A DNA stretch of 64,000 nucleotides, taken from an uncultured Candidatus Saccharibacteria bacterium. GTDB lineage: Bacteria > Patescibacteriota > Minisyncoccia > Phycocordibacterales > UBA2100. The translations under genes and the position numbers were made by a program. This document shows positions 29,417-39,450 of the stretch, piece by piece. Below the pieces are notes generated by a model. The model was not told the DNA's origin and ran no database searches. It saw only the letters and a list, made by a program, of their open reading frames with translations. The DNA lies in NCBI GenBank assembly GCA_964399865.1, contig CAYNRJ010000002.1:22151-86150 (forward strand), written 5' to 3'. The number at the start of each line of letters is the position of its first letter. Within the stretch, counting starts at the first letter, position 1.

Positions 29417-30793
29417 ATGAGCACAAAGCGGCTCCTTATCATTTTCGTCGCACTCGCGATCTTCCTTCGCCTTGGATCCCTTGGTTTTGCTCTCTCGCAC
29501 GTAGGGGTTGATTACCTCATATACGGGGATGCCAACGAGTACCTGATGTTTGCAAAGAACATGTCGGAGGGACATGGCTTTGCGTCGCTGCAGGATGGGG
29601 AATATGTACCACAGGTATTCCGCGCACCCGGACTTCCTTTCATCCTCACGCCATTTATGGGACTTGAGGATGGTCTCGTCATCTATCTCGTACTTCTTTC
29701 GGTTATTGCTGGTGTCCTCGTGCCGCTTCTCGTATACGGTATTGGTAGAAGAATATTCAACGAGAGGGTGGCACTAATTGCGGCGGCGATCGCGGTCATT
29801 GAGCCAAATTTTGTGTTCTACAGTTTCCTGCCGATATCAGAAATGCCGTTCATGCTATTCATGCTTGGAGGTTTCTATTTGGCACTCAGGTCATTCGAAA
29901 TTAAGAAAGCTCACATCGCGCTCCTTACGACATTAGTTGGCGGACTTCTCCTTGGGTACTCACTTCTCATTCGTCCGCAGTTACTGCAGGTATTCGGCGT
30001 ACTGTGTGTTGCGCTTCTCGGGTATTTCCTCGTACGAAAAGAATGGAAGACGTCTCTCCGCGTAGGTGTACTAATTGTAGGAATCGCGCTCGTCATTTCG
30101 CCATGGATGCTGCGCAATCATTCGCTCACGGGGACGTTCGCACTCTCTGGGCTCGGCTGGCGCAATGTGTACACGAATTATCTCGGTAGCGTTCGTGCAC
30201 TCGAAAACAAATCATCATTCGATGATGAGAAGGTAGCGCTTATACAATCCGCGCGCGAGGCGGGGATTGATGTGGGAAATCCTGCGAATGCCGATATTTT
30301 GCGCGATATGACGATTCCAGAGTTGTGGGAGAAAAAGGGGACGGTTTTGAAGCTTGAGACTTTTCTCCTCGCATCTTTCGTCATGCATGACGGGTACTAC
30401 TACACATTCAGACGCTTTGGTTTTATTCCTGACGACAACAAAGGAGCGGGACATTCAGTATCATTCGCGCTTCTCTCGCAAGGCGTCGACGGTATCCCTG
30501 TTGTATTTGCAGAATTGAAGCGGCAATTCTTTATTCCGATCGCGGGCAGACTATTCACGATAGGTACTGCGATACTCGCACTCGTTGGAGCGTGGCTTAT
30601 GCGAAGGAATCCATGGACGTATTTCCTCCTTTTAGCGATCGGAATCACCGCGCTCGCGTCGACCGCCATTGGCTTTGGTGTCGAAGCGCGAATGCGATTC
30701 CCGGTTGCTCCGTTTATTTTCTTGCTTGCCGGAGTAACGATTGCGCGCCTATACTCATGGTATGAGACTAGATATTTGCATCCCCGCGTATAA
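29417..30793 (+). CDS. GT-C fold glycosyltransferase (ArnT/PMT-like), second copy
   Basis: Polytopic protein; the first loop carries ...PQVFRAPGLPFILT. Confidence 0.65.
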   Translation: MSTKRLLIIFVALAIFLRLGSLGFALSHVGVDYLIYGDANEYLMFAKNMSEGHGFASLQDGEYVPQVFRAPGLPFILTPFMGLEDGLVIYLVLLSVIAGVLVPLLVYGIGRRIFNERVALIAAAIAVIEPNFVFYSFLPISEMPFMLFMLGGFYLALRSFEIKKAHIALLTTLVGGLLLGYSLLIRPQLLQVFGVLCVALLGYFLVRKEWKTSLRVGVLIVGIALVISPWMLRNHSLTGTFALSGLGWRNVYTNYLGSVRALENKSSFDDEKVALIQSAREAGIDVGNPANADILRDMTIPELWEKKGTVLKLETFLLASFVMHDGYYYTFRRFGFIPDDNKGAGHSVSFALLSQGVDGIPVVFAELKRQFFIPIAGRLFTIGTAILALVGAWLMRRNPWTYFLLLAIGITALASTAIGFGVEARMRFPVAPFIFLLAGVTIARLYSWYETRYLHPRV

Positions 30794-31463
30794 CGAGGAG
30801 GATGTGATCGAAGATGCCGCAAGAAGTGTGGTGGCCTCTCTTCGCGCAATCCGGGGCGCTGACATGCGCATCGTCGTCGTTGATAACGGTTCGACTGATA
30901 AAACCGCTGAACGTGCGGCCTCAGTTTCTGGCGTCTCTGTCATGACAATTGCAGAGCGCGGCAAAGGGGCTGCAATTATCGCCGCTGCAAAGGAATCACG
31001 TGCGGACTACTTCGGATTCATTGATGCGGATCTCTCGGCAAGTCCGGATGATATTGGGAAGCTTCTTAAGGTGATAGAAGAGAGTGAAGCCGACATCGCG
31101 GTTGGCTCGCGACTTCTGAATAAGAAGATCGTACAGCGTGAATGGCTCCGAACTCTGTCGTCACATGTGTTCAATGTTCTCCGCCGATTTCTTCTCGGTA
31201 TCACGGTCAAAGATTCTCAATGCGGCCTGAAGGTAATGAATGGCCGTGGAAGAGAGGCGCTCGCAGAGTGTAAGGAGAGGGGATGGTTTTTTGATATGGA
31301 GTTTCTCATGCGCGCACAAAAGAATGGGTTAACAATACGTGAAGTTCCCATACAGTGGGACGAGCATCACTTTCCGGCGCGTCAAAGTAAACTTCGCTTT
31401 ATTCGCGATGCTTTTGGCGGAGTTCGTGCAATGATACGTATTCGAAGGTCAGTAAATTCATAG
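30762..31463 (+). CDS. GT2 polyprenyl-phosphate-sugar synthase (GtrB/DPM1-like)
   Basis: MRLDICIPAYNEE...VVVDNGSTDKT...IDADLSASP. The internal Met at 30762 overlaps the upstream gene by about 30 bp. Confidence 0.75.
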   Translation: MRLDICIPAYNEEDVIEDAARSVVASLRAIRGADMRIVVVDNGSTDKTAERAASVSGVSVMTIAERGKGAAIIAAAKESRADYFGFIDADLSASPDDIGKLLKVIEESEADIAVGSRLLNKKIVQREWLRTLSSHVFNVLRRFLLGITVKDSQCGLKVMNGRGREALAECKERGWFFDMEFLMRAQKNGLTIREVPIQWDEHHFPARQSKLRFIRDAFGGVRAMIRIRRSVNS

Positions 31464-31467
31464 ACTC

Positions 31468-32589
31468 ATGAAAATTACCTACGTCGCGTATGCCCGTATG
31501 CCAACCGAGAAAGCGCATGGCGTTCAAATCGCGAGTATGTGCTCGGCGCTCGCGAAAGCGGGAAATGAAGTGACGCTTCTCGTTCCGAAATGGTCCAATC
31601 ATTTGAAAGAATCGGTTTTTGAGTACTACGGGATACCAAAAAATTTTACGATCCAATATGTCGATGCCCCTCAGATCGCTGGCGCCGCAGGGTATGTCTT
31701 GAGGGAAATATTCTTTGCATGGAATGTCAGGGGACATGTGACCAAGGAGAATAGTGACGTCGTACTTACGAGAAGTCCGTGGAGCACATGGACTCTCGGA
31801 AAGAAACACAAAGTGGTGTACGAGGTGCACGATATTCCTGAGAGAGTGCGCTTTCTGTGGGAGTTTTTGATACGAAGCGCGCGGGGTTACATTTCCACGA
31901 ATCGCTTTAAAGCGGATGAATTGCAAAAGGCGCTGAAAATCACACAAGAAAAGATTCTCGTTGCTCCAAATGGATACGATGCGGAGCTCTTTGCGGGGAC
32001 CGCGGACAAAGAGCAGCTTCGACGCGAACTCAATTTGCCAATTGGAAAACTGATCGCTCTCTACACGGGAAACGTCTACGGTTGGAAAGGTGTCGAGATT
32101 CTTGCCGGCGCAGCCAAATCGCTGCCGGAGATCACGTTCGTGTTTGTGGGAGGAACTGATCTAGATGTGGTGCGTTTCCGCGAGGCGCATCAGGATACAG
32201 AAAATATTACGCTCGTCCCGCACCAGCATCACAACACTATCCCGCGCTACCTTAAAGCCGCAGACGTGCTCGTCCTTCCAAACTCCGCTTCATCAATGGA
32301 ATCACGTTTCTACACCTCACCAATAAAGCTATTTGAGTACCTCGCATCAGGTACTCCTGTCGTTGCTTCGGACCTGCCTTCGATACGCGAGATAGTAAGT
32401 GAGAAAGAAGTGCAATTTGTCTCGCCCGATGATATCGCTGCGCTTGCTGCAGCCATAAATAACGTATGTAGTAACAGAGATGCGGCCAAGGCACGTGCAG
32501 AAGTGGCTCGAGAGCTCTCCCTCCGCTACAGTTGGGAGACACGTGCACGTACGATTGTTGAATTTGTGGATAGAGTAGTGAAGCTTTGA
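31468..32589 (+). CDS. Glycosyltransferase family 4
   Basis: GT-B group 1 pattern; ...YTSPIKLFEYLASGTPVVASD. Confidence 0.75.
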   Translation: MKITYVAYARMPTEKAHGVQIASMCSALAKAGNEVTLLVPKWSNHLKESVFEYYGIPKNFTIQYVDAPQIAGAAGYVLREIFFAWNVRGHVTKENSDVVLTRSPWSTWTLGKKHKVVYEVHDIPERVRFLWEFLIRSARGYISTNRFKADELQKALKITQEKILVAPNGYDAELFAGTADKEQLRRELNLPIGKLIALYTGNVYGWKGVEILAGAAKSLPEITFVFVGGTDLDVVRFREAHQDTENITLVPHQHHNTIPRYLKAADVLVLPNSASSMESRFYTSPIKLFEYLASGTPVVASDLPSIREIVSEKEVQFVSPDDIAALAAAINNVCSNRDAAKARAEVARELSLRYSWETRARTIVEFVDRVVKL

Positions 32590-32623
32590 AATAAGGCCAA
32601 AATACGCTAAACTTTGCGGCGCA

Positions 32624-33679
32624 ATGAACGGGGCGTACTTAAAGGGGAAAACAGTGCTCGTGACCGGTGGAACGGGGACTTTTGGCTACGCATTCGTAAA
32701 GAGACTCCTAGAAACACAGGTTAAAAAGGTCATTATTTTCAGCCGCGATGAATTCAAGCAGCTTCATCTCCGCCGGGCTTTTAATGACAATGATCGTCTC
32801 CGCTTTTTCCTAGGGGACGTGCGAGATAAAGAGCGACTCACGCGCGCATTCAGCGACGTCGACATAGTAGTGCACGCAGCAGCCTTGAAACAGGTGCCTG
32901 CGCTTGAATACAATCCGACCGAAGCGATCAAGACGAATGTGCTCGGTACCCAAAATGTGATCGAAGCAGCCCTCGACGCGGGTGTAGAGAGAGTCCTCGT
33001 CATTTCATCCGACAAAGCAGTGCATCCAGTAAATTTGTATGGAGCAACGAAGCTCTGCGCAGAAAAGATAACAGTTCCTGCAAATATCTATCGCCGCAGT
33101 GGAGAGACGAAGCCACGCTTCTCTGTCATGCGATACGGCAACATTCTCGGCAGCCGAGGTTCGTTCCTTGAGCTCATAGAAAAACAGCGCGAAACTGGCG
33201 TGATCCCTCTTACCGACGAGCGCATGACGCGCTTTTGGCTTCGCATCGAGCAAGTAATGGAATACGTACTTGAAGCGCTCGATACCATGCACGGCGGCGA
33301 GATTTTCGTACCGAAAATGGAGAGTTTGAAAGTCGTTGATGTTGCAAAGTACCTTGCGCCTGAATGCGAGATTAAAGTCGTCGGGATCCGTCCTGGTGAG
33401 AAACTCCACGAGATGCTTGTGACGGAGCATGAGGCAAAACGCACGTACGACATAGGCAACATGTACGCGATTCTTCCTGAGCAGATACAGTTTGATAATG
33501 AGCAGACACTCAAGGGAAAATTGGTTCCTCCAAATTTCACGTACGTCAGTGATGAAAATCTTTTCCTCCGAACGATCAAAGATGCTCCTCGAATCGTCTC
33601 GGGCATCTCAGCCACACCTCTCAAAGCCGCTCCGCGCCAGAGCGCAAAGAAAGGCCGAAGGGTAGGTGCAAGGCGATAA
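32624..33679 (+). CDS. pseB: UDP-N-acetylglucosamine 4,6-dehydratase (inverting), PseB/FlaA1/CapD family
   Basis: KTVLVTGGTGTFG N-terminus, YGATK catalytic motif, about 350 aa. Adjacent to a DegT aminotransferase gene. Confidence 0.8.
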   Translation: MNGAYLKGKTVLVTGGTGTFGYAFVKRLLETQVKKVIIFSRDEFKQLHLRRAFNDNDRLRFFLGDVRDKERLTRAFSDVDIVVHAAALKQVPALEYNPTEAIKTNVLGTQNVIEAALDAGVERVLVISSDKAVHPVNLYGATKLCAEKITVPANIYRRSGETKPRFSVMRYGNILGSRGSFLELIEKQRETGVIPLTDERMTRFWLRIEQVMEYVLEALDTMHGGEIFVPKMESLKVVDVAKYLAPECEIKVVGIRPGEKLHEMLVTEHEAKRTYDIGNMYAILPEQIQFDNEQTLKGKLVPPNFTYVSDENLFLRTIKDAPRIVSGISATPLKAAPRQSAKKGRRVGARR

Positions 33680-34808
33680 GCTTGTGATCCCGTATTCAAG
33701 ACAAAACATCACTCCCGCTGACATCAAGGCGGTCGTTAAGGTTTTAAAATCGGACTTTATAACACAGGGTCCGAGTATCCTCGCTTTTGAGAAAGCGCTT
33801 GCTCGTACCGCGGGAGTACAACATGCAGTCGCATACTCTTCTGGAACCGCAGCACTGCACGGTGCATATTTCGCGGCGGGAATCGGAGAGGGTGACGAAG
33901 TGATTGTGCCTGCGCTTACGTTCGCTGCAACAGCGAACGCAGTCCTTTACGTTGGCGCCAAACCAGTATTTGCTGACATTGATCCTGAGACAGGCAATAT
34001 TGACCCGAAGGATGTGGAAAAGAAAATCACCGAGCGCACGAAAGCGATTGTTGCTGTCGACTATGCAGGTCGTCCTGCGGATATTGAAGAAATCGCGGAG
34101 ATCGCGCGAAAACACAAACTACTTTTCATTGAAGACGCGGCGCACTCTCTTGGTGCGACGTACAAAGGAAAGTCGGTCGGCGCACAGGCGGACATGACGA
34201 TGTTTAGTTTCCATCCCGTTAAATCCATAACGACAGGCGAGGGCGGCGCGATTGTGACAAATAGCGAGACGTTTTTCAAAAAGCTTGTGGCATTTAGGAC
34301 ACATGGCATTGTGAAAGACAAAACGCTTTTCAAAAAGAATGATGCGCCAGCTTGGCATCAGGAAATGCAGATGCTTGGGTTTAATTACCGACTCACCGAT
34401 ATGCAGGCAGCCCTTGGACTCTCTCAAATGAAGAATCTAAAAAAGAATGTAGCGAAGCGACGCTCGCTTGCGAAGCGCTACCACGCGCTTCTTAAAGATA
34501 CTCTCGGCGTCACACGTCCGCTTCCTGAGAGCGCGTATGAGACTTCCGCATGGCACTTGTATCCGATACGAGTTCCCGCGAACTCGCGCAACGAAATATT
34601 TGACGCACTTCGGAAAGCGCAGATTGGCGTCCAAGTACATTACCCGGTGGTGTATCTCCATCCGTACTATCAGTCCCTCGGGTACACAAAGGGACTATGT
34701 CCAAACGCGGAAGCATTTTCTGATAGCGAATTATCGATACCACTCTTTCCAGGCCTTACACCCTCAGAGCAGAACAAAATTGTCCGCGAACTGCGCAAGG
34801 TCGTGTAA
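33666..34808 (+). CDS. pseC: DegT/DnrJ/EryC1-family PLP aminotransferase (PseC-like)
   Basis: IPYSRQ N-terminus. ...SFHPVKSITTGEGG places the PLP-lysine context in SFHPVK. Confidence 0.8.
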   Translation: MQGDKLVIPYSRQNITPADIKAVVKVLKSDFITQGPSILAFEKALARTAGVQHAVAYSSGTAALHGAYFAAGIGEGDEVIVPALTFAATANAVLYVGAKPVFADIDPETGNIDPKDVEKKITERTKAIVAVDYAGRPADIEEIAEIARKHKLLFIEDAAHSLGATYKGKSVGAQADMTMFSFHPVKSITTGEGGAIVTNSETFFKKLVAFRTHGIVKDKTLFKKNDAPAWHQEMQMLGFNYRLTDMQAALGLSQMKNLKKNVAKRRSLAKRYHALLKDTLGVTRPLPESAYETSAWHLYPIRVPANSRNEIFDALRKAQIGVQVHYPVVYLHPYYQSLGYTKGLCPNAEAFSDSELSIPLFPGLTPSEQNKIVRELRKVV

Positions 34809-34826
34809 GGGTGTATCATCCGTCTC

Positions 34827-35585
34827 ATGATTGCCGCCATTATTCAGGCGCGAATGGGTTCGACTCGCCTCCCTGGGAAGATCATGCTTCCCCTCGCAGG
34901 AAGATCGGTTTTGTCTCATGTCGTTGAACGCGTGAAGCGTGTGAAGGGGATTGATACGATTATCGTGGCGACGACGACTCTGCCGGAAGATGATGCGCTA
35001 GAAGCATTTTGCCACGCGGAGGGCTACGCATGTTTTAGAGGTTCCGCAGATGACGTACTCTCTCGCTACTATGAAGCCGCAAGAACAGTTGGAGCGACGG
35101 GCATTATTCGTATTACGAGTGATTGTCCACTTATTGATCCAGATACTATTGAACGCTGTATCAAACAGTACCAGAGCGGCGAGTATGATTACGTGAGCTC
35201 CTTTGTTCCGGATGAGCGGACGTTTCCTCGCGGGTTAGATACCGAGATATTTTCATTTGCTGCGCTCGAACGTGCAAATTCTTCTGCGAAAGAAAAATAT
35301 GAGCGCGAGCACGTGACGCCATACATATGGGAAAATAAGAAAGGGGAATTCAACATAGGTCCGATGTTGAGGGCAATGCCGCCGTATGATCGCGCCGATG
35401 TGCGGCTGACACTCGATTATCCAGAGGACTATGAATTATTGAAGCAGCTGTATGATCGTTTTTATGTTAAAGAAAAACTGGTAAGCGTTCCCGAAGTTCT
35501 CAAGTATCTAAGTGAGCATCCCGAAATTCCTGCTATAAATGCATTTCGAGAGGCTGAATATCCTAAACAAGGAATAAGAGTATGA
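34827..35585 (+). CDS. Acylneuraminate/pseudaminate cytidylyltransferase (NeuA/PseF/SpsF family)
   Basis: MIAAIIQARMGSTRLPGK N-terminal CTP-transferase motif. Confidence 0.7.
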   Translation: MIAAIIQARMGSTRLPGKIMLPLAGRSVLSHVVERVKRVKGIDTIIVATTTLPEDDALEAFCHAEGYACFRGSADDVLSRYYEAARTVGATGIIRITSDCPLIDPDTIERCIKQYQSGEYDYVSSFVPDERTFPRGLDTEIFSFAALERANSSAKEKYEREHVTPYIWENKKGEFNIGPMLRAMPPYDRADVRLTLDYPEDYELLKQLYDRFYVKEKLVSVPEVLKYLSEHPEIPAINAFREAEYPKQGIRV

Positions 35586-36193
35586 GTATCGCTATCGTCG
35601 ATTATGGAATGGGAAATACGGGCTCTGTTAAGAGCGCACTCAAGCTTCTTGGCGCTGAAGGGGTGATCACCGCAAAGCCAGAAGATTTTAAGCGTGCTTC
35701 ACACATTATTCTTCCGGGAGTCGGGGCGTTTCCTGATGGCATGAAGCGTGTAAAGGCATGCGAGGGATTCGAGGCTCTTGAGAAAGAAGTTCTCGAAAAT
35801 AAAAAACCTTTCTTAGGCATCTGTCTTGGCATGCAACTACTTGGCGAGTACGGAGAAGAAGCGGGCGGCGCGAAAGGGCTTGGATGGATACCGGGGAACG
35901 TGCGGCGCTTAAAAGTCGATGAGGCAAAGTTTAGACTTCCACACATAGGGTGGAATGAAGTCTCGTTCACGGGAGAGTGCCCGCTCTTTACGGGAGTAGT
36001 TCAAAAAGATTTTTATTTTGTCCATTCATATGTACTTGAGCCGACGGACGCGAGCACAATAAAAGGTACCTGTACATACGGTGAGACATTCCCTGTGGTC
36101 GTCCAGAAGGAAAATATATTCGGCACGCAATTCCATCCAGAGAAAAGTCAGAAGAGTGGGATTACTGTTCTTAAGAATTTCATCTCCCTCTAA
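35582..36193 (+). CDS. Glutamine amidotransferase, HisH paralog (WbuY/PseA-type, acetamidino-forming system)
   Basis: IAIVDYGMGN...GICLGMQLL (catalytic Cys)...FGTQFHPEKS. It is a glycan-locus paralog, not the histidine-operon gene. Confidence 0.85.
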   Translation: MSIAIVDYGMGNTGSVKSALKLLGAEGVITAKPEDFKRASHIILPGVGAFPDGMKRVKACEGFEALEKEVLENKKPFLGICLGMQLLGEYGEEAGGAKGLGWIPGNVRRLKVDEAKFRLPHIGWNEVSFTGECPLFTGVVQKDFYFVHSYVLEPTDASTIKGTCTYGETFPVVVQKENIFGTQFHPEKSQKSGITVLKNFISL

Positions 36194-36195
36194 AC

Positions 36196-36945
36196 ATGCT
36201 TAAAATACGCGTTATACCTGCTCTCACTGTGAAGGATGCAAAGCTCGTGAAGAGCGTGCAGTTCCAAAACCACCGCAACATCGGCAACTACGTCGCCGCA
36301 GTACGCGTCTTTAATGCGCGCGATGTCGATGAGCTTATTTTTCTAGATCTCGACGCGCACGAAAAAGGAATCGAAACGTGGCTGCTCGAGGAAGTTACCA
36401 AGGAATGCTTTATGCCCGTCACAATAGGAGGCGGCGTGAAGACGATTGATGAAGTGCAGACACTGCTTTCACTCGGAGCGGATAAAGTGTCGGTAAATAG
36501 TGAAGCCATACGTCGGCCTGCGTTTATCACGGAAATTGCAGAGCGGTACGGAAGTCAGTGCGCTGTTGTATCTATTGATGTGAAAAAGATAGAAAAAGGA
36601 TGGGAGGTTTTTTATGATGGCGGGACTCACGCAGCAGGACTCGACGTAATAGAGTGGGCGAAAGAGGTAGAGAAACACGGCGCAGGAGAGATACTTCTCC
36701 ACTCGATTGATAGAGACGGCGTAATGGAGGGATATGATCTCGATCTCATTCGAAATGTCGCAGGTGCGGTTCGGATACCCGTTGTCGCGCTCGGTGGGGC
36801 CGGAAAAGTGTCGGATTGTGTTGAGGCGGTACGTGCCGGCGCGTCAGCGATAGCTGCCGCGAGTATTTTTCAATACACGGAGACCACGCCCCAGATAATA
36901 AAACAAGCACTCTCAGAGGCTGGCTTTCCGGCTCGAGTTCGGTAA
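36196..36945 (+). CDS. Cyclase subunit, HisF paralog (WbuZ-type)
   Basis: RVIPALTVKD...HisF-like (beta/alpha)8 motifs. Immediately downstream of the HisH paralog. Confidence 0.85.
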   Translation: MLKIRVIPALTVKDAKLVKSVQFQNHRNIGNYVAAVRVFNARDVDELIFLDLDAHEKGIETWLLEEVTKECFMPVTIGGGVKTIDEVQTLLSLGADKVSVNSEAIRRPAFITEIAERYGSQCAVVSIDVKKIEKGWEVFYDGGTHAAGLDVIEWAKEVEKHGAGEILLHSIDRDGVMEGYDLDLIRNVAGAVRIPVVALGGAGKVSDCVEAVRAGASAIAAASIFQYTETTPQIIKQALSEAGFPARVR

Positions 36946-36955
36946 GATTGGCGGA

Positions 36956-37609
36956 ATGAGTTCGGCAAAAAAGGACACAAAGCAGATATCGGAGTGGGCG
37001 GGAGACATGGGCAAGCTCTACACCGATCGTAATCCGCAGTCGGTAGAAGAATTCGACCGTGTGTACCTAAAGGACTACAACGCGACGCGCACCTCGATGA
37101 ATGAGGAGTTCCTCAGTGATCTTCCAAAGAACCTCAAGATGCTCGAGGTTGGCTCAAACGTTGGACTGCAACTCGAATTTCTTCGCCGCATGGGTTTTAC
37201 GGGAGCGGAGGGAATTGAAATTAATGAATATGCGGTCGCACAGGCAAAGAAGATAAATCCCGAGGTCCGTGTTACTCACGGCTCAGGCTTCGACATTCCT
37301 TTCAAAGATGGGGAGTTCGATCTTGTGTTTACTTCTGGCGTCCTCATCCATATTTCGCCAAACGATATCAAGGACATTATTTCCGAGATGTACCGAGTAT
37401 CAAACCGCTACATCTGGGGCTTTGAATACTACGCACCAAAGTACACAGAGGTAACATATCGCGGGAGCAAAGACCTTCTGTGGAAGACTGACTTCTGCGC
37501 ATTGTTCCAGGAAACATTCCCAGATCTCGTTGTTGTAAAAGAGAAAAAGTATCCGATGACTGATGGCGTGAATGCGAGCCAGATGTATCTACTTGAGAAG
37601 CGCTCATAA
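36956..37609 (+). CDS. Small SAM-dependent methyltransferase (pseudaminic-acid-biosynthesis-associated methylase-like)
   Basis: LEVGSNVGLQL motif I; about 217 aa. Sits among the Pse genes. Confidence 0.55.
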   Translation: MSSAKKDTKQISEWAGDMGKLYTDRNPQSVEEFDRVYLKDYNATRTSMNEEFLSDLPKNLKMLEVGSNVGLQLEFLRRMGFTGAEGIEINEYAVAQAKKINPEVRVTHGSGFDIPFKDGEFDLVFTSGVLIHISPNDIKDIISEMYRVSNRYIWGFEYYAPKYTEVTYRGSKDLLWKTDFCALFQETFPDLVVVKEKKYPMTDGVNASQMYLLEKRS

Positions 37610-37612
37610 ACC

Positions 37613-38758
37613 ATGTTCCGCTATTGCACTCGCTGTGTGATGCCAAATACAAAGCCGGACCTCTCGTTCGACGAGTCCGGAGTGTGTGATGCATGTTCAT
37701 CTGCGGCAGTGAAGAAAGAAATAGACTGGAAAGCGCGTGAAGCAGAATTTCGTGAGCTTGTAGCGAAATTCAAGAATAAAAGTTGTTCAAACTATGACTG
37801 TGTGATCCCGGTTTCCGGCGGAAAAGATAGTCACTACCAGGCGTACATGGCGCGTCAGTACGGCCTAAATCCACTTCTGGTCAATTTTGAAGCGACGCTC
37901 CGTAATGATTTAGGCAGGAAGAATTTTGAGAACATTCGTCAGTTTGGCGACATGATCGAATTCAAAAAGAATCCTGAGGTGTACAAAAAGATGTGCCTCG
38001 AAGCGTTTCGCCGCGTCGGGGATCACGAATGGCCAAATCATATTGGCATATTCACATTTCCCATCCGTGCGGCGGTGCATTTCGGTATTCCGCTTGTTAT
38101 TTGGGGCGAGAATTCGCAGCTTGAATACGGGGGTCCAAAAGCGGCGCGCATGAAGAATGTTCTCGATAGAAGATGGCTCGAGGAATTCGGCGGTCTTCTA
38201 GGACTTCGCGTCGACGATATGGTCGGCGTCGAAGGTATCACGAATGAAGACCTTGTTTCGTACCGATATCCGACCGACGATGAATTAAAGAAGGCAGGAA
38301 TATTCGGCGCATTCCTCGGCTATTACTTTAAGTGGGACGCGATACCGCAGACGGAATTGATGAAGCAGCACGGCTTTTCAATAAAGGAAGATGGTCCAGT
38401 TGAGGGAACATACACGAACTACGAAAATCTCGACGATGCGATCGTCGCTATCCATGACTACCTCAAGTTTGTGAAATTTGCCTTCGGTCGCGCAACCGAT
38501 CACGCGTGCATCGATGTTCGAAATGGCCGACTCACTCGCGATGAGGCAGTCGCGCTCGTAACAAAACACGACGGCAAATGGCCGAAAATTGCAGTCAAAG
38601 CATTTATTGAATTCTTCAATATATCGCTCGACGAATTCAATAGGGTAGTCGATTCGTTTACGAACAAAGCACTATTTGAAGTGAACCCTGACGGTTCATT
38701 TAAGCGCGATTCAGATGGCAGTCTCATAAAGAAATATAGAGACTACTCTGTCTCGTAA
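37613..38758 (+). CDS. N-acetyl sugar amidotransferase (WbuX/WbpG family, PP-loop ATP pyrophosphatase)
   Basis: Cys-rich N-terminus CTRCVMPNTKPD...CDAC. SGGKDS PP-loop. Co-located with the HisH/HisF paralogs. Confidence 0.75.
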   Translation: MFRYCTRCVMPNTKPDLSFDESGVCDACSSAAVKKEIDWKAREAEFRELVAKFKNKSCSNYDCVIPVSGGKDSHYQAYMARQYGLNPLLVNFEATLRNDLGRKNFENIRQFGDMIEFKKNPEVYKKMCLEAFRRVGDHEWPNHIGIFTFPIRAAVHFGIPLVIWGENSQLEYGGPKAARMKNVLDRRWLEEFGGLLGLRVDDMVGVEGITNEDLVSYRYPTDDELKKAGIFGAFLGYYFKWDAIPQTELMKQHGFSIKEDGPVEGTYTNYENLDDAIVAIHDYLKFVKFAFGRATDHACIDVRNGRLTRDEAVALVTKHDGKWPKIAVKAFIEFFNISLDEFNRVVDSFTNKALFEVNPDGSFKRDSDGSLIKKYRDYSVS

Positions 38759-38759
38759 T

Positions 38760-39443
38760 ATGCGCGCTTCATTCATCATTCGTGCCTACAATTCTGCAGA
38801 AGTACTGCCTCGCGCAATTGAAAGTGCTCTTGCTCAAGATTTTCCGAAAAATGACTACGAAATCGTGGTCGTTGATGATGGGTCGATCGACACAACATTC
38901 GCTGTCGCGAGTAAGTTCGCCGAGGATACGCGTGTACGCATTGTGAGACAAGAGAATAAGGGAATTATTGAGGCGGGTATGGCCGGGATCCGTGCAGCAG
39001 AAGGCGAGATATTTATATTTCTTGATGCGGATGATGAATCAATGCCAAGCGCGCTGTCGAATTTTGTCGCGGCACTTTCTAATCCGGAAGTCGACTATGC
39101 GTACGGTCACTATTTTGAGGAATACGAAGGGAATCGAAAGCTAGTCGAACCAACTGATCCTTTTAAAGCTCCAGCAGGTGCCTTCGCGTGGAGGAAGAAA
39201 CTCGTGGTGGAAGAAGGTGGTTTTTTTGGTGTCTCTATGTTCCCCGAATATGAAATGCTGCTAAAAACTTCAGACACGTGGAAAGGAAAACTCATAGCCG
39301 AGCCGGTGTTTATCTACCATAGGAGCAAGGGGAGTCTCACGGGAGACCCTGCCCGAGTTGATAGTGAAATCGATAAGCTCAGAAAACGGTATCCTGACAA
39401 GGCGGAGATGATTGGACAAATACGAAATTATATGCTCTCGTAG
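38760..39443 (+). CDS. Glycosyltransferase family 2
   Basis: FIIRAYNSA...VVDDGSIDTT...LDADD. Confidence 0.7.
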   Translation: MRASFIIRAYNSAEVLPRAIESALAQDFPKNDYEIVVVDDGSIDTTFAVASKFAEDTRVRIVRQENKGIIEAGMAGIRAAEGEIFIFLDADDESMPSALSNFVAALSNPEVDYAYGHYFEEYEGNRKLVEPTDPFKAPAGAFAWRKKLVVEEGGFFGVSMFPEYEMLLKTSDTWKGKLIAEPVFIYHRSKGSLTGDPARVDSEIDKLRKRYPDKAEMIGQIRNYMLS

Positions 39444-39450
39444 AGAGTAT

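Noticed and set aside
33088-33699. 203-aa minus-strand ORF antisense to pseB
   Set aside because: It lies entirely within a well-supported conserved gene, has no motifs and an Arg/Ser-rich composition. A shadow ORF.
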